64,000 nt of DNA from Candidatus Multivoradales bacterium (GTDB taxonomy: Bacteria; Acidobacteriota; Thermoanaerobaculia; Multivoradales; JAHEKO01). The translations under genes were made by a program, and so were the position numbers. The notes under the pieces are model-generated. The model worked only from the letters and a program-made list of their open reading frames with translations, made no database searches and was not told the DNA's origin. Location of the stretch: assembly GCA_965223855.1 (NCBI GenBank), contig CBDCXM010000008.1:1-64000 (forward strand), written 5' to 3'. This document shows positions 10,013 through 19,805 of the stretch, one piece after another. Position 1 is the stretch's first letter. The number at the start of each line of letters is the position of its first letter.

Positions 10013-11143
10013 ATGACCGACTGTCTCCTGATCCTCGGCATGCACCGAAGCGGCACCTCCGCCGTCGCCGGCGCTTGTGCGCAACTGGGGGTCGATTTCG
10101 GCCGGCACCTGATCGGAGCTCAGGACGACAACGTCAAGGGCTACTTCGAGGACGAGCGGGTGCTCGATCTCCATGAGAGCTACCTGTCGGCGGTCGGCAG
10201 CAGTTGGGACGATCTCGCCCCGGCCCCGCACGAGGACTCGCACCCGCGCCGAACGCTGCAGCAGGGAATCGAGGAGCTTCTTGCCGGGGTTGCGAAAAGC
10301 CCTTTCCCTGGGTTCAAGGACCCGAGGATGAGCAGGCTCGTGATCCCATGGCTCGATGCCCTGCGAGCAGCAGAGCGCGAGCCGGTGGTGCTGCTCGTTC
10401 ATCGGCCCGTCGGCGAGGTGATCCGGTCGCTCGCCCGCCGTAACGGCTTCGGCGCCGAGAAGTCCGCCCTCTTGTGGGCCGATCATCTGCTGCGGGCCGA
10501 GCGATCGACGCGGGGCGTGCGCCGGGCTTTCGTCTCCTATCCGGCCCTGCTGGAAGATCCGGCGACGCTGCTCGGCAGCGTTGCAGCAGAGCTCGGCGTC
10601 GAGTGGCCCACGGCTCCCGACCGCGTCGCCGACTCGCTGAGAGAGTTCGTCGATCCGGCTCTGCGGCACACGACCGGGGACGCCGGCGCGACGGCCGGAT
10701 GCGGCCGGGCGACGGAGCCTTGCCGCGCCATCGCCACGGCGCTCACCTCCGACGCAACCGAGGCGGCCTTCGACGCCGCGTCGCGCGAACTCGACGCGGC
10801 GGTGGCGTCGATCGACCCCCTGCTGACCTCGCACCTCCTTCAGGTGACACGCCGCGAGCGTACCGAGGAGATCTGGGCGGCGGTCAAGCCGGTCGAGAAG
10901 AGCCTCGCCAGGGAAGCCTCACGCACAGAGGAGCGGCGCGAGGAGATTGCCGCTCAGGTGGAGATCCTCACCGCGGAACTCGATCGCCTCGCCACGCTCT
11001 ACGCCGACAGCAGCGAGTCGGTTCAGGAGGCGTTGCAGCACCTGTCTCAGGTGTCGGGGCAGCAGGGAGAGGTGCTCGACCGGCTTCGCCGTTCCCTGCC
11101 CGGGCGCTTGCTGCGCCTCGGCCGGAAGTCCGGCTCGGACTGA
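10013..11143 (+). CDS. Sulfotransferase-family protein with C-terminal coiled coil
   Basis: PAPS-binding loop 'LGMHRSGTS', 'GYFE', 'KDPR', 'SLARRNG'; heptad-rich tail. Confidence 0.85.
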   Translation: MTDCLLILGMHRSGTSAVAGACAQLGVDFGRHLIGAQDDNVKGYFEDERVLDLHESYLSAVGSSWDDLAPAPHEDSHPRRTLQQGIEELLAGVAKSPFPGFKDPRMSRLVIPWLDALRAAEREPVVLLVHRPVGEVIRSLARRNGFGAEKSALLWADHLLRAERSTRGVRRAFVSYPALLEDPATLLGSVAAELGVEWPTAPDRVADSLREFVDPALRHTTGDAGATAGCGRATEPCRAIATALTSDATEAAFDAASRELDAAVASIDPLLTSHLLQVTRRERTEEIWAAVKPVEKSLAREASRTEERREEIAAQVEILTAELDRLATLYADSSESVQEALQHLSQVSGQQGEVLDRLRRSLPGRLLRLGRKSGSD

Positions 11144-11149
11144 GCCTCT

Positions 11150-12520
11150 TCACCGACCCAGAAGGCCGCGTTTGACCCGTCGCGCCAGTCGGCGCAGCCG
11201 CGAAGGGCGCGCGATCGGGTCGGGCGGCGGCGGCTCCGGGGGTACCTCGTCCCAGTCGAAGGGAGACCGCAACGCCCCCGGTCGATGGTCGGGCGCCTGG
11301 CTCGGCGCCGCCGCCCACTCGACCAGCGGCGCCGTCGCGGGAGCGAGAGAGAAACGCCGTTGGCAGACCTCGCGCCCGCGACGCGCCATCGCCGAGAGCT
11401 CGTCGCGATGGCGGGCCGCCCAGACCATGCGACGCGCCAGATCCTGTGCGTCTCCCTGCTCGAAGATCAGGCCGACATCCTCGTCCGCCAGCAGGTCTCC
11501 GACGTCGCCGACGCGGTTGTACGCACACGGGAGACCGGCCGCCAACCACTGGAGAATGCGGTTCTTCGAGCCGAGGACTCCCTCGTACATCGGGCGGTCG
11601 GTCAGCACTCCGAGATCGGCTTCCTCGACGTAGTTGCCGACCCATTCGCGCTTCACCCATCCGGCGAGTTGAAAGCGGTCCTGGAGCGGCGATCCGGCGA
11701 TCCTCTCCTGGAAGCGGGCGTAGGTGGAGTCGTCGTGACCTCCGATGGCGCCGCCGGTCGAGACGAAGTGGACCGACGGCTCCTCCTTCATCGCCAGTTC
11801 GAGTCCGTCGAAGAGAGTCTCGACATCGCTCCAGACGTTGTAGCCGCCACTCCACAGCACGATGAAGGCGTCTTCCGGCACGCAGACACCGCGAGCCACC
11901 GCCCTGCCGGCTACCGGCTCCTCCGGCTCGACGACGCCGCACGGGATGACCGCTGTGAACTCGTAGCCGCACGTCTCGGCGGTCAGGCGGCCGAGCGCGC
12001 CCAGTTCACCGATGGCGGCGTAGCGTTGCCTCTCCGACACCGCCGAAACCCGATCGGCGCGACTCATCACCGGGTGGACCATCCGCCACCACCGGGGAAT
12101 CGGCCAGTTCTCCTCCTCGAGGGCAGCTTTCGCCTGAGCCTCGGCCATCACGTGACCGAACTGATCGGCCCAGAAGGGCAGCTCGGGGTCCGTCTGTGCC
12201 AGCGCCAGAGAGCCGTAGATCGTGGCGCCCACGAGGGCGGTCGGGCGGAAGGACTCGACCTCCCGAGCGATCGTACCCGGGTCGAGGAAGGCCTCCGCAT
12301 CGAGGCGGCGAATCGACACTCCGTCGACCGTCTCCTCGTCGATCCTCTCCCCCGGCTCGTAGACCCCCGGTATCTCCATCGCCACCACCCGCACGGTGTG
12401 ACCGGCGGCTGTGAGACCGCGCGTCAACTGCCACGTTCGGATACCCGGCCCGTAGTTCTGGGAGGTGTTCTCGAAGGGCAGCGGGCACAGGCCCGCGATC
12501 AGGATGCGCTGAGGGTTCAT
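11150..12520 (-). CDS. Glycosyltransferase family 4
   Basis: 'GPGIR', 'LWSGGYNVWSD', 'NRILQWLAAGLP' GT-B pattern. Confidence 0.82.
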   Translation of the reverse strand: MNPQRILIAGLCPLPFENTSQNYGPGIRTWQLTRGLTAAGHTVRVVAMEIPGVYEPGERIDEETVDGVSIRRLDAEAFLDPGTIAREVESFRPTALVGATIYGSLALAQTDPELPFWADQFGHVMAEAQAKAALEEENWPIPRWWRMVHPVMSRADRVSAVSERQRYAAIGELGALGRLTAETCGYEFTAVIPCGVVEPEEPVAGRAVARGVCVPEDAFIVLWSGGYNVWSDVETLFDGLELAMKEEPSVHFVSTGGAIGGHDDSTYARFQERIAGSPLQDRFQLAGWVKREWVGNYVEEADLGVLTDRPMYEGVLGSKNRILQWLAAGLPCAYNRVGDVGDLLADEDVGLIFEQGDAQDLARRMVWAARHRDELSAMARRGREVCQRRFSLAPATAPLVEWAAAPSQAPDHRPGALRSPFDWDEVPPEPPPPDPIARPSRLRRLARRVKRGLLGR

Positions 12521-12662
12521 GGGAGGTTCGCGACGGGCGAAGCGCGGCAGAGTGTATCCGCTGGCGGTCGCCACTTTGCCACCGGCGACCACTCCTGCGA
12601 AAATCCGGCGGCGGCTGTCAGCCGCACCGACCCACCAGGCTCGTCACGGAAAGGACCCACTC

Positions 12663-13238
12663 ATGCCCCGCATTCGCCTCTCGGCGACGACGTTCGCCGT
12701 CTGTTGTACTGTGCTGCTCTGTCTCGGCCCGGCCCGGGGTGACCAAGGCCAGGATCACGACTCCCCCGCGGACGCCCCTAGCGAAGTCGAGGCGCCGGCT
12801 GAGGAGCCGTTCGAAGAGGAGTCCTACTCGAGGACGTTGCGGTGGAGCACCGCCAGTGAGGTCGACAACTTCGGGTTCGACGTCTACCGCGGCGACAGCG
12901 AGGAAGGTCCCTTCGAGCGTCTGACCGAGACGCCGATCGAGGGTGCGGGAACGACCGATCTCACCACCAGGTACTCGTTCGAGGACGACACGATCGACCC
13001 CTACCGGACCTACTACTACTACGTCGAGAGCATCTCCCTCACCGGTGTTCGCGAGCAGTTCACGCCGGTGATCACGGCCAAGCCCAAGCTGCCCGCGGAA
13101 GGAGAGACCGAGGCCGGCGAGGACGACAACGGGGACGAGGGTGAGTCGGGCGAAGACGAGGATGACGAAGACCAGGGCGGCGACGACGAGGGCGGCGACG
13201 ACTCCGAGTCTGCGGAGGACGACGCGGATTCCCGCTGA
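12663..13238 (+). CDS. Secreted small beta-sandwich (FN3-like) protein with Asp/Glu-rich tail
   Basis: Signal peptide; 'LRWSTASEVDNFGFDVYRG...YSFED...TYYYYVES' motif; C-terminal ~40 aa dominated by D/E/G/S/A. Confidence 0.75.
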   Translation: MPRIRLSATTFAVCCTVLLCLGPARGDQGQDHDSPADAPSEVEAPAEEPFEEESYSRTLRWSTASEVDNFGFDVYRGDSEEGPFERLTETPIEGAGTTDLTTRYSFEDDTIDPYRTYYYYVESISLTGVREQFTPVITAKPKLPAEGETEAGEDDNGDEGESGEDEDDEDQGGDDEGGDDSESAEDDADSR

Positions 13239-13245
13239 GGCTGCA

Positions 13246-14598
13246 TCAGACGTCGGCGGCGAACGCCAGCCAGAGTAGAGCCCCTGCCAGCGACGCACCG
13301 GCCGCGTAGCGAGCTGCGCCACCCGCCTCTCCCCTGCGCCGTGCGCAGCGGTCGAGCGCGTACGCAGCGAAGAAGAACATCGCCGGCAGCATCTGCAGCC
13401 GATACCGCGTCTTGACGTGGAGCAGCAGGAAGAGGGCGAGCTGACCCAGCATGAAGACCAGCACCCATCGGCCGGCGGGGTACCGTTGGAAGGAGAAGAG
13501 CGCCACCCCGAGTGCGAAGGCGGCCAGCAGCACAGCCCACCCCACGTAGCAGAGCCATCGGACCGCCCCGGCCAGCCAGGACGGAGTCGCCGGGTACCCC
13601 TGCCCGCCGGACGTGGCCCGTCCTCCGGGAAGCTGGATGGTGAGAAAGCTATCCTTGTCGAACAGGCGGTAGTACTGGCGCCCGAGCTGCCGGACAAGCA
13701 CCGTGCCGACTCCGTCGGCAGCGACCTTGTCCAGCACCTTCTCGCGCAGCAGACGCTCGCGCGCCTCGGAGGAGCGGGCGCTGTCGAGATAGCGCCGGTA
13801 CTCCTCCTCCGCGATCGAGTCGACGAACTCGTGCCGGGAACTGTCGTTGAGCCCGAGCCAGAGGTTGAACCAGCCGCTCCGGGCACCCGGCTGCGAGCCG
13901 GTGGCGAGCGAAGGCGCCAGCCCCAGAGCGAGCCCGAGGAGGAGCGCCGTCGTCGTGCGGCCCCTGGCACCGCGGGGCGACAGCAAGGCCGATCCGAGGA
14001 TCAGCAGCGGCACGAACGGAGTCAAGAGCGCCTTGGTGTGCAGGCAGAGCGCCAGGAGCAGACCCGCTGCCACCATCCACACCGCCCTTCGCCGGCGCAC
14101 CGCCTCGTCGAAGCAACAGATCGCCGCCAGCATCAGGAACAGGTGCAGCACTTCCGGCCACAGGTAGTGCGCGAAAGCGGCGAGCGGCAGGTGGACGACG
14201 GCGAGAAGCGCCGCGAGGTCACCCGCCCTGGAACGACCGGTCCAGCGGCTCGTCAGGAGCCCGATCATCCACGCCGTCGCCAGCCACAGAGCGATCTGAA
14301 CCCCCTGCACCGCCCAGGGAGCGCCGTCGGCCACCACGAGCCAGGGCCGCAGAAACCAGGCATAGAGCGGCGGCCAGAGGGAGTCGAGGCCGCTCGTGCC
14401 GGACGTCCCGATCGACTCCACGGCGCGCAGGTAGAGCTTCTCGTCGCCCAGCGGGCGCTTCGCTTCGGGAACGTAGTAGACGAGAAGCAGCAGCGCCTGC
14501 ACCGCCAGCGCGGCGCCCCAGAAAACCCATCGCGAAGGCCCGCTGCCGTTCGACGGCGGCGCCTCAGCCGCAGCGGGCGTGGGCGATCGGCCGCGCAC
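13246..14598 (-). CDS. Polytopic membrane glycosyltransferase (ArnT/PMT, GT-C fold)
   Basis: 'GDEKLY' loop, 'WPPLY', 'LWPEVL', 'RYRL' and many TM segments. Confidence 0.75.
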   Translation of the reverse strand: MRGRSPTPAAAEAPPSNGSGPSRWVFWGAALAVQALLLLVYYVPEAKRPLGDEKLYLRAVESIGTSGTSGLDSLWPPLYAWFLRPWLVVADGAPWAVQGVQIALWLATAWMIGLLTSRWTGRSRAGDLAALLAVVHLPLAAFAHYLWPEVLHLFLMLAAICCFDEAVRRRRAVWMVAAGLLLALCLHTKALLTPFVPLLILGSALLSPRGARGRTTTALLLGLALGLAPSLATGSQPGARSGWFNLWLGLNDSSRHEFVDSIAEEEYRRYLDSARSSEARERLLREKVLDKVAADGVGTVLVRQLGRQYYRLFDKDSFLTIQLPGGRATSGGQGYPATPSWLAGAVRWLCYVGWAVLLAAFALGVALFSFQRYPAGRWVLVFMLGQLALFLLLHVKTRYRLQMLPAMFFFAAYALDRCARRRGEAGGAARYAAGASLAGALLWLAFAADV

Positions 14599-14600
14599 GA

Positions 14601-15926
14601 CTACTCCAGGTAGCCGAGCGCCTGAAGCCGCTCGATCTGCTCCTCGTCGAGCGGCTCGCGGCCTGCCTGGGCACGCGGAGGCAGATGGTAGTCACCGAGC
14701 AGCCCCTTCATCTCGTGAGTCAGGACCCGCCGTCTTCGCGCCAGGTCCTCGGCTCCGTAGGGGTCCTCGCTGAGGTTGAAGAGCTCCACCCGCTCGCCGT
14801 CGTGTCTGTTGACGACCAGCTGATAGAGGCCGTCGTCGCGCTGCTGGAAGACCGACTCGATCTGATGCGAGTACCCCTCGGCGTAGGCGCGTGACTTGAA
14901 GTCGAGGTCCGGATTGTCGAGCAGCGGCGCGAGGCTCCTACCCGACAGCCTGAGAGGCGCAGCGTCGATACCGGCGAGTTCCAGCAGCGTGGGGGCGATG
15001 TCCACACTCTCCACGAGAGAGGGAACTCGCGTGCCACGGCGCTGGTCGAGGCGCCGGATCAGCAGCGGAACGTGCAGCGTTTCGTTGTAGATCTGATGGT
15101 GGGCAAAGCCGCCGTGCTCGCGGAACTCCTCTCCGTGATCCGAGGTGATGACGACCCAGACCTCGCCGGCGCTGTCGACCCCCCAGAGAGCCTCCATGAA
15201 GCGCCGCAACTGATCGTCGACGAAGCGCAGGCTCGAGTCATAGAGGGACACGAAGTACTCGATCCCCTCGCGGTCGATCTCGAGCTCTCCTCTGCTGGCG
15301 CGGGCCAGGTTCCGGCCGGTCGGCTCCCAGACGTCGGGCGGCGCCCCTTCCCAGGATCCGTAGCCGTCGGGCGCCATGTAGGGATCGTGGACCTCGTAGG
15401 TATGAAGGAAGATGAAGAACCGATCGTCGCGCCCGAGGTCGTCTACGAACTCGAGAGCGCGCCGCACCGTCTCGGCCGCTCCTCCCGGCTTGTCTTTGGT
15501 GATGTCGTCGTAGACGTCGAAGCCCCGCGAGAAACCGTAGCGCCCGGCCACGTACCCTCCCTCGGAGAAGGCGGCGGTGCGATAGCCCGCCTGCTGAAAC
15601 AGCTCGGGCAGGGTCGGGATCGACTCCGACAGAACGCTGTCCGGTGGATAGACCCCGTGCTCACGCGGGTAGAGGCCGGTGAAGATCGACATGTGGGACG
15701 GAAGGGTCCCCGGGAGCTGTACCCGGGCCTGCTCGAAGAGCGTGCCCCGCTGTGCGAACTCGTCGAAGAACGGGCTCGTGTCAAGCGGATAGCCATAGGC
15801 GCCGAGATGGTCCGCGCGTAGCGTGTCGATCGAGATGAGCACCACTCCTGAGACGTCGCGAGGACGCGACCACCAAACACCGACCGCCAGGACCAGTGCC
15901 ACGACGACGAACAGGACTCGCTTCAC
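14601..15926 (-). CDS. Sulfatase-like hydrolase/transferase (alkaline phosphatase superfamily)
   Basis: 'ISIDTLRADH', 'TLPSHMSIFTG', 'HDPY', 'TSDHGEEF', C-terminal 'LQALGY'. Confidence 0.88.
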   Translation of the reverse strand: MKRVLFVVVALVLAVGVWWSRPRDVSGVVLISIDTLRADHLGAYGYPLDTSPFFDEFAQRGTLFEQARVQLPGTLPSHMSIFTGLYPREHGVYPPDSVLSESIPTLPELFQQAGYRTAAFSEGGYVAGRYGFSRGFDVYDDITKDKPGGAAETVRRALEFVDDLGRDDRFFIFLHTYEVHDPYMAPDGYGSWEGAPPDVWEPTGRNLARASRGELEIDREGIEYFVSLYDSSLRFVDDQLRRFMEALWGVDSAGEVWVVITSDHGEEFREHGGFAHHQIYNETLHVPLLIRRLDQRRGTRVPSLVESVDIAPTLLELAGIDAAPLRLSGRSLAPLLDNPDLDFKSRAYAEGYSHQIESVFQQRDDGLYQLVVNRHDGERVELFNLSEDPYGAEDLARRRRVLTHEMKGLLGDYHLPPRAQAGREPLDEEQIERLQALGYLE

Positions 15927-16054
15927 GCCGGGAGTCTTTCACAGCGTCCCCGGTGCTAAGGTCGCCATGGGAGCGACGCCGCACGAGTGGAGGCACCGGC
16001 CGTCCGCGACCAGCGTTGTGACCCTCCTCAGCACCCGCTCGAACACTCCAGCCG

Positions 16055-18664
16055 ATGCGCCAGGCCGCCATCCAAGCCCTAACGCTCGCCTGCGCTCTGA
16101 CTCCCTGGAGTCTCGCCGCATCCGAGGCCGAGCGCTCGACGGCCCCCCCGGCCTTCTGGCTCGAGGTGCTCACTCCGGGGGTCCATCGGCTGACCTTCGA
16201 CGAGCTCGAGTCCGAGGCACCGCTGCCCGAAGTCGACAGCAACCTGTTGCGGCTCACTCAGCGGGGCGAGCCGGTGCGGATCTGGGTCGACGACGGCGGC
16301 GATGGCCGCTTCGGCCGCGGAGACGCCATCGAGTTCGTCGGCCGGCACCTCGAGGGCGAGGTGTCGCATTTCCACCTGTACTCGCCGGTCAACGTCTACC
16401 GCCTTAGCGTCGAGCCGCAGCCGGCGGGGTCGGAGTCCCGCTATCGCTCACCCGAGGAAGGTCCCGGCGGCACCGTGGCCGCTCCGCTGCTGGCCCGCAG
16501 GCACTTCGAGAACGACCGGCTGATGGTGCGGTTCCGGGAAAAGCGCGGGACGCCTCCGCGCGAGACCTGGTTCTGGGAGAGGCTGACCTTCCTGGCCGGC
16601 CGGACGTTCCGCACCGAAGTCGAGCTGGACGGGCTGCTGTCCGGAGGAGGGCGCACAGCTCGAGCCAGGTTCGATCTGCGCGGATGGTCGAGGACCCAAC
16701 GAGGAGCGCGCGGCGATCAGATCGAGCATCACGTCGACGTCGCCTTCAACGGAGTCCAGGTCGGACCGGCGCAGTGGGACGGGCGCGATCCCCATTCGGT
16801 CACCTTCGAGCCTCTTCCCCCCGGCGCGCTCGCTGCGACGACACAAGTCTCTCTGTCGGTGCCCCAACGCCCCGGCCCGAACGGGACCGACCCGCTGGTC
16901 GATCTGAGCCTCCTCAACTGGTTCGAGATCGAGTATCCCCACGACGGTTCGGTCGTCCGCGACCAGACGGTGGTCCATGTTGCGGGTTCCGGCCGCCGTT
17001 CGGCGGTGTTCGAGGCACCTGGCGCCGACACCCTCACCGCCTTCTCCGACTCGGGCGAGCGCTGGTTCGCCTCCGCCGCCGACGGCGCAACGCGAGTCGA
17101 GGTGACGATCGAGGAGGATCGTGAGACCGAGGTCGTCGCCGTTCGTTCCGGAGGCCACCTCGAGGTGCACGCCGTGCGCGTCGACCGCCCCTCGGACTGG
17201 CGATCCGGCCGCCACTCCGCCGACTACCTGATGATCGCCCACGAGTCGTTGCTCGAAGGAACCCGCCGACTGGCGCGATTCCATCGCGATCGCGGGCTCG
17301 AGGTGGCGGTCGTCGACGTGCAGGACCTCTACGACGAGTTCAGCCATGGAGTCGTCGAGCCGCGAGCGATCCGCGACTTCATCGATCACGCCTACCACCG
17401 CTGGCAGGGCGGTCCTCCCCGCTTCGTGCTGCTCGTCGGCGACGCGAGCTGGGACATCGACGGTCGCAGCCTCGAGGACAGCGACTACGCAGACTGGTCT
17501 TTCCTCGAGATCGAGGCGCAGCGCGAGGGGTTCCTCAAGAACCTGAGCACGCCCTACGACGGAGCGCCGAGGATGCGCGGCCTCATTCCCACCGGCAGCT
17601 ACCGCAGCGCGGAAGGACACGCAGCGAGCGACAACTACTTCGTCGCTCTGGGCGAAGAGGACAACCTGCCGCGCCTCGCCATCGGCCGGATCCCCGTCGT
17701 CGATCCGGCAGATCTCGACGCCGTCGTCGACAAGACGATCCGCTACGTGCGCGACTCGCAAGTCGGCCCTTGGCGCCGCCGAATCCTGTGGATCAGCAAC
17801 GAAGAGGCGACGATCAGGAATCGCAACGACGAACTGGCTGCGGATCGCAACACGGCGGGATTCTCCGGCCTCAAGATCTACCCTCGCCCCGAGGAGCGAA
17901 GCAACGACGAGCACCAGCAGGCGTTGCTCGAAGCGCTCGACGACGGCCAGCTCGTCGTCTACTTCCACGGTCACGGCGGGCGCTACATCTGGCGTACCGG
18001 AGCCACCGACCACCGCAAGAACCGCGACCTGTTCAACCTCGACCATCTCGACCAGCTCGCCCCCAACGAGCGGCTGCCGGTCATCCTCAGTATGACCTGC
18101 TACTCCGCCCCGTTCGACCACCCGCTCGCCGACTCGATCGGCGAGAAGTTCCTCCGACTCCCGGAGAGTGGCGCGATCGCGGTGTTCGCGGCGTCGTGGC
18201 GCAACAGCCCGGCGCTCGACCTGAGTCAGGCGCTCGTCGAGGAGCTGACGAAGCCTCAGACGATCGGCGAGGCGATCGTGGCAGCCAAGAGCAGAACGGT
18301 CCGCAAGGACATGATCGAGACCTACAACCTGCTCGGAGATCCGGCTGTTCCGGTCGCCGCGCCTCGTCACCGGCTCGAGATCACGGCTCACCCGATCGAC
18401 GAAGGCTACGTCGTCCGCTCGCGCCTGCCGGCGACGATCGACGGATTTTCCGGCAGCGCGATCGTCGATGCCTTCGACGCCGAGGGCCGTGTCGTCGCCA
18501 GTCGCGAAGTCCGCCTCGACGAGCCTCGGCTGGAGACGACGCTGGACGGGATCGAGGGGACGCCGGTCCGGATCGGGGTCTACCTGTGGGATCCCGATCG
18601 CGGACTCGACGCCATCGGTGCCACCGACCTGGCTCCGGGGGACACGGTCCAGGGCTCGCCCTAG
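16055..18664 (+). CDS. C25 family cysteine peptidase (gingipain/PorU-like), secreted
   Basis: Signal peptide; 'FVLLVGDA', 'IGRIP', catalytic His 'FHGHGG' and Cys 'SMTCYSAPF', 'YNLLGDPA'. Confidence 0.88.
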   Translation: MRQAAIQALTLACALTPWSLAASEAERSTAPPAFWLEVLTPGVHRLTFDELESEAPLPEVDSNLLRLTQRGEPVRIWVDDGGDGRFGRGDAIEFVGRHLEGEVSHFHLYSPVNVYRLSVEPQPAGSESRYRSPEEGPGGTVAAPLLARRHFENDRLMVRFREKRGTPPRETWFWERLTFLAGRTFRTEVELDGLLSGGGRTARARFDLRGWSRTQRGARGDQIEHHVDVAFNGVQVGPAQWDGRDPHSVTFEPLPPGALAATTQVSLSVPQRPGPNGTDPLVDLSLLNWFEIEYPHDGSVVRDQTVVHVAGSGRRSAVFEAPGADTLTAFSDSGERWFASAADGATRVEVTIEEDRETEVVAVRSGGHLEVHAVRVDRPSDWRSGRHSADYLMIAHESLLEGTRRLARFHRDRGLEVAVVDVQDLYDEFSHGVVEPRAIRDFIDHAYHRWQGGPPRFVLLVGDASWDIDGRSLEDSDYADWSFLEIEAQREGFLKNLSTPYDGAPRMRGLIPTGSYRSAEGHAASDNYFVALGEEDNLPRLAIGRIPVVDPADLDAVVDKTIRYVRDSQVGPWRRRILWISNEEATIRNRNDELAADRNTAGFSGLKIYPRPEERSNDEHQQALLEALDDGQLVVYFHGHGGRYIWRTGATDHRKNRDLFNLDHLDQLAPNERLPVILSMTCYSAPFDHPLADSIGEKFLRLPESGAIAVFAASWRNSPALDLSQALVEELTKPQTIGEAIVAAKSRTVRKDMIETYNLLGDPAVPVAAPRHRLEITAHPIDEGYVVRSRLPATIDGFSGSAIVDAFDAEGRVVASREVRLDEPRLETTLDGIEGTPVRIGVYLWDPDRGLDAIGATDLAPGDTVQGSP

Positions 18665-18698
18665 AGGGGCGCCCGCGAGCGAACGGGCACCGGAAGGG

Positions 18699-19751
18699 TC
18701 AGAGAAGCTCGGCGTCCGCCGGCAACTCCGGAAGCTCGATCACCGGCACCGAGCCTCGCGGCTTCAATCGCTCGACCCAGGTCGAAGTGCCGCCCGACCG
18801 GCGGCGCGTCGCCAGCGCACGCGGGGCCCGCACGAGCGCCCCGGCCCAGGAGCGCGCCTGCAGCTCGAGATCGCTCCACGCACGAGCCCGGGCACGGCGG
18901 AGGGCGAGCTTCAGCTCCGTCCACGCCAGGCGCGACCCGGCGCCGAGCAACAGCCCCCAAGGCCAGTGGGTCAGCAACAACAGGAAGCGGTTGCGCCACG
19001 ACAGCTTGCGTTTGAAATCGGAGCCCCGCGCCGCGGTCGCCGAGATCGCATGCGCCACCCGGGCTCGACGAGCCACCCGCACCGACCGATCGCGCGAACG
19101 GGCCCGCAGGCAGAGATCGATGTCCTCGAAGTAGAAGCCGTAGATCTCGTTCCAGCCTCCGAGCTCCTCGAAGAGCTCTCGTCGGACCATCAGCGCCGCG
19201 CCGGTCACCGCGAGCACGTCGAGCGAATCGGCGTCGAGCTCGTACTCAGCGCTCGGACGGCCGATCCCCTCGTCCCACGCTTCACCGTCGACCGTGACGT
19301 TCAGGCCGAGACTGTTGAGGACGCCCGGAGCTCCCCAGATCTCGAGCTGCGGGCCGACAATCCCGCACTCGGGGGCCGCGTCGAACTCGGCCACGAGCGC
19401 TGCCAGAGCTCCAGGCTCGACGAGTGCGTCGTTGTTGACGAAGAAGTAGGCATCGACCGGCGAGAGGTTCTCCCGCGCCCATGCGGCCCCCAGGTTGTTG
19501 GCGTCGGAGAAACCGATCGAGCGCTCGGAGCGAACGACATGCAGGGCGGCACTGGAAGCGATGCGCTCCGGCAGCGCCTCGCGGCAGCCGTTCGCCACCA
19601 CCACGACCTCCACTTCGACGCCGATGCTCCCCTCCAGACACTCGAGACAACGATCCAGCAATCGAAGTCCCCGGTGGTGCACGATCACCGCGCAGACTCT
19701 CGAGCCCCCTTCCGGCTCTCTCTCGCCTGTCGCCCTGTCGCCCACCGTCAT
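18699..19751 (-). CDS. Glycosyltransferase family 2
   Basis: 'GFSDANN', 'FVNNDA', 'FYFEDIDLCLR'. Confidence 0.88.
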   Translation of the reverse strand: MTVGDRATGEREPEGGSRVCAVIVHHRGLRLLDRCLECLEGSIGVEVEVVVVANGCREALPERIASSAALHVVRSERSIGFSDANNLGAAWARENLSPVDAYFFVNNDALVEPGALAALVAEFDAAPECGIVGPQLEIWGAPGVLNSLGLNVTVDGEAWDEGIGRPSAEYELDADSLDVLAVTGAALMVRRELFEELGGWNEIYGFYFEDIDLCLRARSRDRSVRVARRARVAHAISATAARGSDFKRKLSWRNRFLLLLTHWPWGLLLGAGSRLAWTELKLALRRARARAWSDLELQARSWAGALVRAPRALATRRRSGGTSTWVERLKPRGSVPVIELPELPADAELL

Positions 19752-19805
19752 CCGGGCAACTTACCTCACCTCCGAACCGGGGCGCTGCTAGAGTCCCTAA
19801 GGGCC

